64,000 nucleotides of DNA, taken from NCBI GenBank assembly GCA_951406725.2, contig OX597825.1:64790001-64854000 (forward strand). The letters run 5' to 3'. The position numbers and the translations under genes are program-made. The notes under the pieces were generated by a model. That model was not told the origin of the DNA, did not search any database, and saw only the letters and a program-made list of their open reading frames with translations. The stretch is from Octopus vulgaris (lineage: Eukaryota). Within the stretch, counting starts at the first letter, position 1; each line of letters starts with the position of its first letter. Positions 13,724 to 27,143 of the stretch are shown piece after piece.

Positions 13724-14139
13724 TATTTCTTTACTACCCACAAGGGGCTACACACAGAGGGGACGAACAAGGGCAGACAAACAAATTAAGTCGATTATAT
13801 CGACCCCAGTGCATAACTGATATTATTTAATCGACCCCGAAAGAATGAAAGACAAAGTCGACCTCGGCGGAATTTGAACTCAGGACGTAACGGCAGACGA
13901 AATACCTATTTCTTTACTACCCACAAGAGGCTAAACACAGAGGGGACAAACAAGGATAGACAAACGGATTAAGCCGATTATATCGACTCCAGTGCGTAAC
14001 TGGTACTTAATTTATCGACCCCCAAAGGATGACAGGCAAAGTAGACCTCGGTGGAATTTGAACTCAGAACGTAACGGCAGACGACATACGGCTATGCATT
14101 TCGCCCGCCGTGCTAACGTTTCTGCCAGCACGCCGCCTT
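13724..14139 (-). mobile_element. Dimeric family B SINE (head + two units)
   Basis: Second unit 13906-14089; flanked by a probable TSD tcatttgctta. Confidence 0.9.
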
Positions 14140-15041
14140 CTCATTCAATCATTTGCTTATGTTGGATTACGTCGCTTTACGTAGGACACAATAACGAACG
14201 CTTGTCATATCTCTTTAAGTAAGCACTGGGTGATTCTTTGTTCTATCAGGATACCAGTCAAAACTAAAATATCCTAGGATCGCTGCTTCTCACGCATGTA
14301 GTTTGGCAAGTAATACGAAGAAAATTCTCTTGTGATATTCAGGTATAATCTATTATCTAATGAAACAGAGAAGGTAGGTTGGTGGACACCAAAATCAATC
14401 GATCAGATCACATTCAATATTTAGAGGTGCCCTGTGGGGTGGGGTCGTGCTTGAGCGCCGGCGTGTGCGCGTCTGTGTGTGATTTTGTGTCTGAATGCAT
14501 ATATGTATAGCCATGGTACTGTGCTACGAAATAGAATAAGTGTGCTGCTGCCCTATCGGACGCTTTCACCATAACTTAACTCAATCGCTCATCCTTATTA
14601 AACTTTTAGCTAATTAAGGGAAAGCCAACGTATGATGAGGATGGTAATTCGCAAACACCTAGTATCAGTCAATGGCATTGCATCGACAGACAATCGTGGT
14701 AATCAATTGGTAACCAGTTCGTATGCTTCAATGTGAGATTAAAGACACTCAGATACTTTGCTGGTGAATTATGCGTTAGATGTTGAAACCAAACACGCGA
14801 ACAAAAGTAATTAAAAAATGAAGGTATAAACAAAAACTTCTATCCTGTTCACTTCTTTTGGTCTTCTTGCTTGTAGTAGGAAATAAGAAGAATGAATTTG
14901 TTAAAACAAGAAAGAAAAACTGTAAATCAACCATCGTAGGAATAACAACAGACACGTGTAAGGCTGGACGATAATGACAATCAGAAGCAAAAAGTGGTGG
15001 AAGAAGCAAGGAATGAATAATGACATGGATATGTCCTCATG

Positions 15042-15176
<135 letters not shown>

Positions 15177-15346
15177 GCACAGTTAGTCAAAGTTAAATTT
15201 AAGCATCAAGGGAAAGATAACTTGTCAGTGAAAATATACAAAGCGAAGGCTTAGAAAAGAGTTGGGAATATTGTTTTATGGACGTAAGAAGGTGAGAAGA
15301 CTGTTGTCCGAGGTGCTATTGTTGTACGCCGTTGACTAATCAAAAG

Positions 15347-15561
15347 TTTAGTTAGAAGAGTCATTAGGAATCCTATTAACAAATGTTAGCCATAAAATTT
15401 ATGGTATTGGTATGGCAACACTTTCTGTATATACCAAATTATTTCATTTCGTTCGTTTGGTATATATAGAAAGTTTTGGCATACCAATAGTTCAATCGTC
15501 TTTATAAATTTTGCGACTAACATTATTAATAGGATACTTAAACACCCTTCCTCTAACTAAA
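15347..15561. repeat. Imperfect fold-back palindrome (about 95-bp arms)
   Basis: tttagttagaag..atcctattaa..tgttag..tattggtatg..ctttctgtatataccaaa versus tttggtatatatagaaag..cataccaata..ctaaca..ttaataggat..tctaactaaa. Confidence 0.8.
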
Positions 15562-15880
15562 TGATTAAACCTAGATCTAGGGAGGTATCAAAGAAGTCAA
15601 AGTAAGTGAGGTTTGTATCTACTCTGATTTTAAATTCAATGTTAAACACGAATATGAGGTATTACCTAGATACATGCTGCTCTTAAGTTACCTTTACAAC
15701 GTCCACACGCCTTTGCATAAAACGTGTAAAGGTAATTTATGGACACACTGTATATCTATTATATGACCATGTAGATATGGGATGTACCTAATAACCCATG
15801 TCGCTATACATTTCGTTATAAACCAATATAAAGGGAAAGGAACATAGTTTTCAAGATATATAATATATAAAACGCACTTA

Positions 15881-16212
15881 AACTAGAGCACTCAGAGAGC
15901 GCAAACCTCCGCCAAGTCAGCACCAACGTCCTCTCAACTTTTAGCCAGAGATGATTCTTAAAATGAGAATAACTGAAATAAACTCGGCTGCTCTCACAAA
16001 GGAGAATACTAAAAATGAACCTGACCGCTCTCGAAAATTAAGTAACAAAACAGTAAACATAAACCAGATTCCTTGTCCGGTACCGGATCGATCACAAAAT
16101 CTAACCGGTTCGTGCCAGCCACAGGCAAACATTCCTGAAAGTTTCTTTTGAATCCATCCAGCTGTTTTTGAGATATCTTGTCTACGGACAAACAAACAAA
16201 CAAACACCACTG
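15881..16212 (-). mobile_element. Non-autonomous Helentron-type element (HINE/DINE-like), 5' sub-TIR lost
   Basis: Minus strand has (GTTT)n GTCC near the 5' end and ends cttggcggagg (sub-TIR), hairpin gcgctctctgagtgc, then ctagtt. Confidence 0.7.
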
Positions 16213-16368
16213 ATACATATATGAGCATTACTATGTGAATGCATTGACACGTCAGAATGTTTGCCCGGCTCTAATTAGCTGGGCTGTTCCTAGTATTTCC
16301 TGACAGTCTGTGTTGTGATGATATTTAAGCCTGAACTATTATTGAATCGAGAACCATACACTACGGAA

Positions 16369-16758
16369 GTGGAGGCGCAATGGCCCAGTGGTTAGGGCAG
16401 CGGACTCGCAGTCATAGGATCGCGGTTTCGATTCCCAGACCGGGCGTTGTGAGGGTTTATTGAGCGAAAACACCTAAAAAAAGCTCCACGACGCTCCGGC
16501 AGGGGATGGTGGTGATCCCTGCTGTACTCTTTCACCACAACTTTCTCTCACTCTTACTTCCTGTTTCTGTTGTACCTGTATTTCAAGGGGCCGGCCTTGT
16601 CACTCTCTGAGTCACGCTGAATATCCCCGAGAACTACGTTAAGGGTGCACGTGTGGAGTGCTCACCACTTACACGTTAATTTCACGAGCAGGCTGTTCCG
16701 TTGATTCGGATCAACCGGAACCCTCATCGTCGTAACCGACGGGGTGCTTTCTTTTCAG
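16369..16758 (+). mobile_element. Full-length tRNA(Arg)-derived SINE (family A, OR-like)
   Basis: A box tggcccagtgg, B box ggtttcgattcc; TSD acactacgg(g)aa; near-identical to copies at 18259 and 24141. Confidence 0.92.
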
Positions 16759-17023
16759 ACACTACGGGAACTCGTTCGATAAATGAGTTACTCGAGAATG
16801 AACCTTAAAGCGGTTAATGTATAACACTTCTATTCATTAAATTCTGTTTGTATCTTTGCGCGTGAATTTACGTGTTTTTATGCTTGTGTGTGAGACAAGG
16901 AAAGCTTCACCCTTGAAATTTTGACCATGCACGATTCATCACTCTATCAAACTGGCAGTCAACACTTTCCTTGAGATTAGCGAAAGGTGTTCAGTGATTA
17001 TTCAATTTAATGTATAATAATAC

Positions 17024-17280
17024 ATAAATGCGCCATTTTAAATCCCAGCCAAGATCATGGGCCCGGTTTCCCAATTTCTATGGCGTACGTGTTCCCCAGC
17101 TGGACAGGACGCCAGTCCATCACAGCGTTACTCATTTTTGCCAGTTAAGTAAGTGGACTGGGGCAACGTGAGATGAAGTGCTTTGCTCAAAAACACAACG
17201 TGTCGCCCGGTCCAGGAATCGAAACCAGAATCTTACGATTATCATGCTGACACCCTAACCTCTAAGCTACGCGCTTCCAC
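17024..17280 (-). mobile_element. tRNA-derived SINE with CORE-like and V-like domains
   Basis: Minus strand gttgtgtttttgagcaaagcacttcatctcac (CORE-like) followed by gctgtgatggactggcgtcctgtccag (V-like). Confidence 0.8.
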
Positions 17281-17316
17281 CAATTTAATGTATTCTTATA
17301 CATAAAAATAAACGTC

Positions 17317-17409
<93 letters not shown>

Positions 17410-17701
17410 TGTCTGTCTGATTGTGTGTGTGTTTGTGTATGAAATTAAATCGTTCTTTAAAAACGCCCAAAACATGTAACGCGCTCTTTTCTTTTATTAC
17501 TTGATGCTTCACATCTTCAGCGCATTTCCGCCATCTGGACCCAAACGCACTTCAACTTCGACTTGTTGAAAAGTATCTATCGGCATTTTTTTTATACAGC
17601 ACAGATTTTTCACTTCCTACATTTCTATACTCTCCTGCTCCTTTTACGCCTTAGTCTCTTCGGTATATACATATGTGTTTGTGTATTTGTGTATATATGA
17701 T

Positions 17702-17751
<50 letters not shown>

Positions 17752-17855
17752 AAAGTTATTTGAAGAATGCTTGTGTAAATATATATGTGTGTATATATAT
17801 GTATATATTTAAACATCAAAATATAAACAAGATTGTGAGTGTATATATATATATA

Positions 17856-18037
17856 TATTTCTTTATTGCCCATAGGGGGCTAAACATAGAGGGGACAAAC
17901 AAGGACAGACAAAGGGATTAAGTCGATTACATCGACCCCAGTGCGAAACTGGTACTTTATTTATCGACCCCAAAAGGATGAAAGGCAAAGTCGACCTCGG
18001 CGGAATTTGAACTCAGAACGTAACGACAGACGAAATA
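17856..18037 (-). mobile_element. Headless monomer of the family B 184-bp unit within (TA)n/(TG)n
   Basis: Runs from tatttcttt to gacgaaata, the multimer boundaries; no tRNA A-box head. Confidence 0.88.
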
Positions 18038-18038
18038 A

Positions 18039-18080
<42 letters not shown>

Positions 18081-18258
18081 GTGTGTGTGTCTATATTTGA
18101 GCGTATATGTCTACACCGCTATATGTGTGAGCATTTACGTATACACATAAGATACATACGTTGGTATGTATTTTATTATTATATTTATATATATTTTTTT
18201 TATATTAGCCTGTTGCTGTATGAATATATCCAGTATTATGATGGTAGTAAAATTCTAG

Positions 18259-18656
18259 TGGAGGCGCAATGGCCCAGTGGTTAGGGCAGCGGACTCGCGG
18301 TCATAGGATCGCGGTTTCGATTCCCAGACCGGGCGTTGTGAGTGTTTATTGAGCGAAAACACCTAAAGCTCCACGAGGCTCCGGCAGGGGATGGTGGTGA
18401 TCCCTGCTGTATTCTTTCACTACAACTTTCTCTCACTCTTATTTCCTGCTTCTGTTGTACCTGTATTTCAAAGGGCCGGCCTTGTCACTCTCTGTGTCAC
18501 GCTGAATATCCCCGAGAACTACGTTAAGGGTACACGTGTCTGTGGAGTGCTCAGCCACTTACACGTTAATTTCACGAGCAGGCTGTTCCGTTGATTCGGA
18601 TCAACTGGAACCCTCGTCGTCGTAACCGACGGAGTGCTTCCACAAAAAAAAAAAAA
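18259..18656 (+). mobile_element. Full-length family A SINE with A-tail
   Basis: 13-bp TSD agtaaaattctag at 18246-18258 and 18657-18669. Confidence 0.95.
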
Positions 18657-18879
18657 AGTAAAATTCTAGAATTAATATTTATTTATAGTGCTGTACGTTC
18701 TGGGTTCAAATCTCACTCTGGTTAGATTTGCCCTTTCAGTTTACTGTGGGGCTGCATCTACCAGCCACAAGTACCAGTCTAGTGTTAGTCTCGATCTTAT
18801 CATTTACAGTCCTCTTTCAAAATTAGAGGCCTTGTGTCTATGCTAAAAATCGATATTATTGTCACCAATTATGCAGTTG

Positions 18880-19640
18880 CAACCATTACTCTTACTGCTG
18901 CAGTCGTCACTACTGCCACTACTACTACTACTACCTATTCTAATCACCACTGATACCAGAACACATCCACCCCCGCTGCCACCCTTACCCCTCCCACTCA
19001 CGAAAATTGGTTAGAATCGGAGCTGGCACACATACACACACACTTTGCTACCACCACCACCACCACCACCACATCAGTGTCATCTCCACCTCTAATCACA
19101 ACCATCTCCATCACAATCGTTATACAGCTACTACCGCATGTACTACACTCCCGCACTCACCTCCCACTAACTCCATCACGGTCAATACCACCCTTACTAC
19201 CACCAAAACTACAAGAACCCTAGTACTAACCCCTGCCACCGTCACCAGCAGTACTACGCCCACAACCACTAGAACTACACAAATGTCACCACGAATAGCT
19301 AGTAATAATCATCGACATACCACTCTTACTGCAACCTGTACTACATCAGTTTTTTTTTTCCACTAACCACCTCGCCTGTCGTAACACTACCATTCCCATT
19401 ACCACCTGTTTAAACAGCGGCTACACTAACTGCTACCACTATCCTCGCCACACATCTACTACCACCGGTACCAGTTCCACCAAATCTCTAACTACTATCA
19501 CTGTCACTGTGTCCATCGATGCCAAGTCTACTACCGCCACCACCACTATATCAACAATGTTATTAACCACAACTGCCAATACTATCTTCATTACCAGTAT
19601 CACCATCATCACCCCTACCACCTATATTTCTACTATTACC
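18880..19640. repeat. Degenerate (ACC/ACT)n low-complexity tract
   Basis: Thr/His-rich ORFs arise from decayed triplets. Confidence 0.8.
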
Positions 19641-20591
19641 TTTCTTACTTTTCTATATAAACATTATCCCTACAGCAAGAAACCATCTTAAATATTAATT
19701 TGCTCTGTGCGTGTATGTATGTGTGTGTGTGTTTGAACGCATGTGTGTGTGTGTGCTTGAATATATGTAGATATGTGTGTGTGTTAACTTACTTTACTGA
19801 AATTTCCTTTATTGTTTTTGAGGGATTCTGTAAAAATAATTTCAAAGTGATATATTACAATTAGCGTTTCATTACATTTCATTAAGTTTCTTTTCTTATG
19901 GTATTGTATAACTCATTTCGATCATATATAACTTGTTTTCTTTCATTATATTATATTATATTATTTTATTTTATTTGTTTACTTATTCGTTCATTATAAT
20001 ATCCGCCCAGCTATATTGCAACACTGACATCAAGTCAAGAACTCATATAACCAAATGTCAAGGTAACCTTTAGCTTCCTTTTAAAGTAACATTTCCTGTC
20101 TTGTGCGGGAAGCTGTGATGTGGTAAAGAGTTAGGCTGTCAACAAACTGTTTCTCCTCCAGCACCAGCAGCACCGCCACCACCACATCCAGTTTTGTTTG
20201 ACAGTACCTATGAAAGAAACGGGGTATTTTTATATGCCTTTTCAATGGCCTTGGGAAAGGCTGGAGCACCCAAACATCTGATTTGATTGCTACTAACCAA
20301 TCTTAGCATTCATGTCTCCGTCACTAGCATTTATTTTTGTATGTTATACAGGAGTGTTTTTTTTTTCCTGATTTCCTTTCAAGTCAGAATTACATTTGCG
20401 CTTTGGAATTTGTAAGGTACAAAAGTCAGGTGTTGGTAGTGGTAGTAGTAGTAGTAGCAGCAGCAGCTGTTGTTGCTGCTGTTGCGGAAATCAGTCAAAC
20501 GGTATCTTATTTGTAGTGTCAAACATCGAAGTTCGAATTTCAGCGCTCACTTTGACTTTATCTTTGAGTTATCTAATAGAGGGGGTTTATT

Positions 20592-21193
20592 TAACAATAG
20601 TTTCAAATTTTGGCACAAGGCCAGCAATTTCGAAGGATAAAGTATGTTAACTACTTCAACCCAAATACTCATCCCGAAACGATGAAATGCAGAGTCGACC
20701 ATTGGGAAATTAGAGATCGTAAAGCATTTTCGAATCTTTTCGGTTTGAACGGCAGTTTTTTCTAGCGGTGTCATATGAAATTGTCACCCATAATTATGAC
20801 TCTAGTATCGATCTATTGCATTTCAATCTGTTTTAGGGTTAAGGTTAGAGGTGGGGATAAGGGTATCTTTTTTTCTTCACAAATGTAAATAAACCGAATC
20901 TGTTTCTTAAACGAGGGACATATTCATACGGCACAGAATGTTTTTTTTACCTCAATAGGCGTCAGTGATTGGTTGAAATTGCAGAAATTGAAGAAAAAAA
21001 ACAACAAATATCTTACAAACTATAGAATTTTCTCAATAAAGCCAAGAGAAAAAGATGTTTTACAAACACATTCTACCAGTATACGAAGTTTAAAATTTGT
21101 TAGTTACCTAGAAATTATGTTAAAAACTGCTATTCAAACCGAAAAGATCCGCATTTTCCCTGTCCTGCTAATGATTTTACCAGCTCGCTGCCT
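20592..21193 (-). mobile_element. Old family B SINE interrupted by a MITE
   Basis: Tail at 20592-20731, head at 21151-21193 (..ccagctcgctgcct). Confidence 0.75.
20732..21150. mobile_element. MITE / non-autonomous DNA transposon, possibly Merlin-like
   Basis: About 28-bp TIRs gaatcttttcggtttgaacggcagtttt / aaaactgctattcaaaccgaaaagatcc; 8-bp TSD gcattttc at 20724-20731 and 21151-21158. Confidence 0.85.
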
Positions 21194-21217
21194 ATAATAA
21201 TAAGTTTCTGTAATAAT

Positions 21218-21645
21218 CGTATCAAATTTTGACACCATGTCAGAACATTCAAGGGAGCGAGCGAGTACGTCAATTATAGCCATTTCATTGCTCAGTGTTA
21301 CTATTTTATCGACTCCGCAGTGATGAAAAGTAAAGTCGACCTCGATGGAATTGAACTCAGATCGTAAAGACGGAGGAAATGCCACTAAGCATTTTGTCCG
21401 GCGTGCTAACTATTCTGCCTAGAAGTATTCTTAATAATCCTTTCTACTATAGGCACAAGACCTGAAATTTTAGGGAAGGGTCAGTCAATTGCATCGACCC
21501 CAGTACTCAACTGATACTTATTTTATCGACTCCGAATGGATGAAATGCGAAGTCGACCTTGGTGACATTTGAACCCAGAACATAGAGACGAAATGCCGAT
21601 AAACAATTTGCCCGGCGTGCTAACGATTCTGGCAGCTCTCTGCCA
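21218..21645 (-). mobile_element. Two adjacent old family B SINE copies
   Basis: Two core+head sets, about 21218-21420 and 21433-21645. Confidence 0.8.
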
Positions 21646-22060
21646 AGAAGTATCTTTAATAATGATTGTATCTCAAGCAATGCTGTTACTTAGCTGTAAG
21701 TATGCGTGCATATTCATACATTTGTATTCGTATTTCTACTTAAGAAAACATCTCAATAAGTTGACTTATTTACGTGTTTATATTCTTGTGATTCTATAAA
21801 AACACACTCACACATAAAAAAAAAAACGCACACACATACACATGTGAATATATTTACATATGACTTCATATACACCTCTTCGCCCTTACTGTCCATCTTT
21901 CAATCTAAAGACATCTAAAATGATAAATACAGAGTGACCAATCTCCTCTAATCATTTGAAGATCTTTCACTATAGAGTTAGGTTCTTTCAGTCATAGTCC
22001 AACATGAGGTACAATATAGTAAGATCTGCTTCATGCATATCATGTTTTCTTAGTGATATA

Positions 22061-22574
<514 letters not shown>

Positions 22575-22575
22575 G

Positions 22576-22849
22576 ATAAACGTCGCCCTTTTCAAGCCTA
22601 ACCAGGTTCATGAGCCTGGTTTCCCGGTTTCTGTAGCGTATGTGTTTCCTCCCAGTTGGACGGGACGCCATTCCATCGCAGCGTTACTCAAGAAACAGGA
22701 AGAGAGAGTGAGAGAAAGATGTGGCGAAAGAGTACAACAGGGGTCGCCACCACCCGCTGCCGGAGACTCCTGGAGCTTTTTAGGTGTTTTCGCTCAATAA
22801 ATACACACAATGACCGGTCTGGGATTCGAAACCGCCATTGTGCCTCCAC
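22576..22849 (-). mobile_element. OR-head SINE with V-like tail, head partly deleted
   Basis: Collinear with 8751-9053. Confidence 0.85.
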
Positions 22850-23297
22850 GATATATATATAGACTGTCTGGTAAAAGACATTTTTAAAACCAAATAACAT
22901 TTTCTTGAAATATTTACGTAAGAATTACACTACAGGAAATATTTTTGCGTTCTCCCACTTTATAATACGTACACACGATGCAGCTGTCTGCTAGAGTCAA
23001 AAACTGCAAGATGTAAATAGTGAGCTTGCTGAGGCCTGCCTGTTTTTACACGTGCTGTCATTATGTAATTTCTTGGAATAAGTTTATTTCGCTGTTATTT
23101 AACTGAAATTAGAAACACCAACCTCATCCTATTTTAATAAATGTTGCTTCATGGCATAATAGCTTTGTCCCGAAATGATTTAGCCCTTGATGAAGTTTGT
23201 CTCGGTATAATTTCATTGTATCCATATAATAAAAAAGAAGGATAATTTTTTTGACATTTCATAGCAATTAAATGTGTCGTTATTTAGTTCATAACTA

Positions 23298-23690
23298 AGG
23301 CGGCGAGCTGGCAGAAACGTTAGTGCACCGGGCCAAGTGCTTAGCGGTATTTCGTCTGCCGTTACGACCTGAGTTCAAATTTGCCGGGGTCGACTTTGCC
23401 TTTCATCCTTTCGGGGTCGATAAATTAAGTACCTGTTACGCACTGGGGTCGATGTAATCGATTTAATCCCTTTGTGTGTCCTTGTTTGTCCCTCTATGTT
23501 TAGCATGATTCTTAGCGATGTTTCGTCAGTCTTCACGTTCTGAGTTCAAATTTCGCTGAGGTTAGCTTCGTCTTTCATCCTTTCAGAGGTCGATAAATTA
23601 AGTACCAGTGAAACACTGGGGTCGATGTAATCAACTCGTCCCATCCCAACAAATTTCAGGGCTTTGTCCCTTTAGTAGAAAGGGTTATTT
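23298..23690 (+). mobile_element. Family B SINE: young head+body fused to an old-type body
   Basis: Young part ends at atgtttagc (about 23504); an old body and tail follow. Confidence 0.85.
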
Positions 23691-24140
23691 AATTTGTTAC
23701 CATGTGTATCTCGTATAATATTTTCATTTCACTTACATCTAAAAAGCTGACGTTTATGATTAACTGATATATTTCTCTTCGGTTTTCTTCGATGTTCTTT
23801 GAGGTTCCACGTTCCAACCATGTTGTTCGTGGAGATTTCTCAGCATAATGCATTTAAGGATAAGCTGAATAACGTTAGGATTTGGGAAAACATTTCTTTC
23901 AAAGAATCTCATCTGAATAATAAGTAGCAAGTTAACAAAGCTGATAGTGGTGGAATCCATGTTGCAGATGGTATTCTTCGTAACTTCAATGAAAAGATGC
24001 CCATTTGAAAAATGCATTTCTTTTCACCGAATGGAAATGCGTATGCAGATACGAATGCCTGTTTGCGTGTGTGTATGTATGTATAAATAAATGTGTGTAT
24101 ATACGTATCTACGAATGCATTTAGATATGGATCTATCTAT

Positions 24141-24526
24141 GGAAGCACTCCTTCGGTTACGACGACGAGGGTTCCGGTTGATCCGAATCAACGGAACAGC
24201 CTGCTCGTGAAATTAACGTGTAAGTGGCTGAGCACTCCACAGACACGTGCACCATTAACGTAGTTCTCGGGGATATTCAGCGTGACACAGACAGTGACAA
24301 GGCCGGCCCCTTTGAAATATAAGGTACAACAGAAACAGGAAGTAAGAGTGAGAGAAAGTTGTGGTGAAAGAGTACAGCAGGGATCACCACCATCCCCTGC
24401 CGGAGCCTCGTGGAGATTTAGGTGTTTTCGCTCAATTAACACTCACAACACCCGGTCTGGGAATCGAAACCGCGATCCTATGACCGCGAGTTCGCTGCCC
24501 TAACCACTGGGCCATTGCGCCTCCAC
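24141..24526 (-). mobile_element. Full-length family A SINE
   Basis: TSD tggatctatctat on both sides. Confidence 0.95.
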
Positions 24527-24619
24527 TGGATCTATCTATATATGCTGCATGTATGTATGAATTTGTATGGGTTCAAATAGTATTTCTGTAAGTGCTTAAG
24601 TGATTTTCATTATGTGATG

Positions 24620-24995
24620 ATGCTTGAAAAACTGCAAGAAGTTTGCTTTTCAACCAAATGGTTCCAGGTTCAATCGCATTGCGTGAAACCTTTGGTAAGC
24701 GTCTTCTATAGACGCGGGCCGACAAAAACCTTGTGATTGGATTTAATCTACAGAAACTGCAAGAAGCCAGTCGTACATTAATGTGTGTGTGTATCCTTCT
24801 GTCTATGGTTGTCCGCCTTCCTACCCCTTAAGAAACTCTGTTGGTATGTTAATGGCCTCGTAACTTACAGTTCAGCAAAAGGGTCCATAGAATAATTACC
24901 AAGTTTTAAAAAATAAGTGCTTCCTTGGACTAAAATTCTTCAAGATGGTGCCCGAGCACGGCAGCAAATAAATGACTGAAATACGTAATATATAA
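24620..24995 (+). mobile_element. Old family C SINE
   Basis: Degenerate but collinear (ggttccaggttcaatc..aagaagccagtcgta..atgactgaaa). Confidence 0.7.
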
Positions 24996-25207
24996 ATGAC
25001 AAACGTTAAAAGAAATATATATAGAGAGACAGACAGACATCACGAAATTTTGTCAGTGAACAGGTAGCGATCTCATAGCAACGAAAATATTTTGACAAAT
25101 TAAATTTAAAAGTTGAAGTGAATCGAACGGTTTTTGTGTGTTTCTTAAATGACTTATAAACACCTTCCACGCTACAATTTTATAAATATATATATATATA
25201 TATATAT

Positions 25208-25354
25208 AGTTGAAATTTACAGAACGACAAAAGACGAAGACAGGTATATTAACAACAATCAGGCGTATAAGTTTGACGCTCGGGAAGGTGAGAAAGTCTT
25301 TTACGTTTCGAGTCTAGGCTCTGCAACAGAAAGGAACACAAGTAAATAAAACGA
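25208..25354 (-). mobile_element. Penelope-like terminal remnant with degenerate minimal HHR (25298-25333)
   Basis: cttt CTGTTGC a gagc ctag actc GAAA cgta aaag; adjacent to (TA)n; same family as 28230, 57870, related to 37825. Confidence 0.65.
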
Positions 25355-25618
25355 GAGAGGTATCCTGGGTCTAAAGACGTCTCCTATGTCGTAACCCGTA
25401 AGAATTGTTGCTTCAATAAAATGAGGCAGCACATTTTTTTACCTCTAAAAATTCCAAAGACTTGGTGGCTCCAGTTTCGTCAGCAGCATAACCGGAGGAG
25501 CTCCAGTTTTGAGGTGCAGTTGCTGTGGCGGTAGTCCAGAGGGGTCCAAGGAAATGAGGAATTCTGTGAGAAAATTAACGGTCTCTTCTTGGTCCAGAAC
25601 AGTGTCCACAGACTTGTA
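25355..25618 (-). pseudogene. Helitron-type PIF1-family helicase fragment (stop plus frameshift)
   Basis: Manual translation YKSVDTVLDQEETVNFLTEFLISLDPSGLPPQQLHLKTGAPPVMLLTKLEPPSLWN*..KNVLPHFIEATILTGYDIGDVFRPRIP matches the Helitron motif EFLNSL.P.GLPPH.L.LK.G.P+MLLRNL.P..LCNG..IEA.ILTG....VFIPRI. Confidence 0.9.
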
Positions 25619-26225
25619 GGTGGGAATGTGTGTGCGTGCTTATGCGTATAGGTGCGTGTCTGTAGCGATAGATATATAGATAGATTAGATATTGGAGAGT
25701 GATGGAAGACCTGAATAAAAACATGTTTTTATAATGCACAGCGAGATAATGGAAAGAAAATGGTGAACGTAGTTGTTGGTGGACTTTGTCTACGAGTGTG
25801 CGCGTACTGGAGAGAATGCTTGTTGTTTGTATGCATGGGTATACGCGTGTATGTCAACTTGAAGTATAAACATGTACCCGATGTGGATACAAACTGTGGA
25901 TGTGCAAACTGTTGTTATGTGTTTGGGTGTGTAAATATTAGTGACGTTCATGTATATGTTTGCGTGGTTGTGTATGTGCATGCATTTATGTGAGTATTTC
26001 TAGGAGAGCATTTGCATGAACAAGTATGTGTTTTGCGGCTGGCTGTATACTCGCAAATATGCGTTCTACGGGTGTTTCATAATTGGCATGTGTTTGTATT
26101 AATATATGTTTGCATGTATGTATGTATCTATCTATCTATCTTCATGCATGTCCCCAAGAATATATCTGAGTGCGTTTCTCTCTCTTTCTTTCTCTCTCTA
26201 TTTTCTCTCTCTCTGTCTGTCTTTC

Positions 26226-26258
<33 letters not shown>

Positions 26259-26356
26259 TCATCTATATATCTATCCATCTATCCGTATGTATATGTGCGT
26301 GTATGTGTGTGTATGTTTAATTGAGAACTAGAGTGAGGTGAAATGTAAGTGTATAT

Positions 26357-26408
<52 letters not shown>

Positions 26409-26815
26409 ACACGCACACAAACTGTATAGATCTAGCAAAATAGCTAAATGGCAGTGATATATCATCTATTTTGACCTTATCGACCGCATTCAGATTGAAT
26501 TATCAATAATCTTGTTGTTCTGGTTGCAGTTGTTATTGTTGTTATTCACTGCACAGAACGATGGAGACGACTGGGACAGCAGACAGAGTTTATCGCTGGC
26601 TAAATCGGAGAGGGCGCGGGGACCAACTATGGCGTTTATTGAAATACTAGATAGCTAAGAGGAAAATCTGTCTCTGAATGAAAGCCTCGTCTATATCGTA
26701 TCCACGGAAAGACTTTCTAACAGTTGCTCAGCCTGTTTCGAATAGTCGCGTTAAATACCATTAAATCATGTTCTTCCCTTTTTACTGAAAAGAAAAGACC
26801 CGATAGAGTTATTTA

Positions 26816-27103
26816 CTTACTTGTACTTGCGATGGCGTTCACCCAGGGCGGGTCGAGCCGGCTTCTTCTCTGGTCCTGATAGCATCTCGAACCATAGAAG
26901 AAGTTTCGTGGTAATATTGAATTCACAAGCGGTCCCGGACATCCCGCATGCATATCCCGAGTGACGGGACCGCCTGTTTGCCGCGGAGTCTCCACAGACT
27001 CAGGGACAGAACGACCTCGAAGCCGCCGGTTGTCGATCAGATGCCTCTTGGAATTATCACCAGAGCCCCGTTGGCCAGGCTGCGGCCCTAATACCGCTCG
27101 GTA

Positions 27104-27143
<40 letters not shown>

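Noticed and set aside
16369-16445. tRNA-Arg-like gene
   Set aside because: It is a SINE head: continues into a shared body with TSDs and lacks a proper acceptor stem and terminator.
19007-19691. Mucin-like Thr-rich ORFs
   Set aside because: Decayed ACC/ACT triplets with frequent stops and no splice support.
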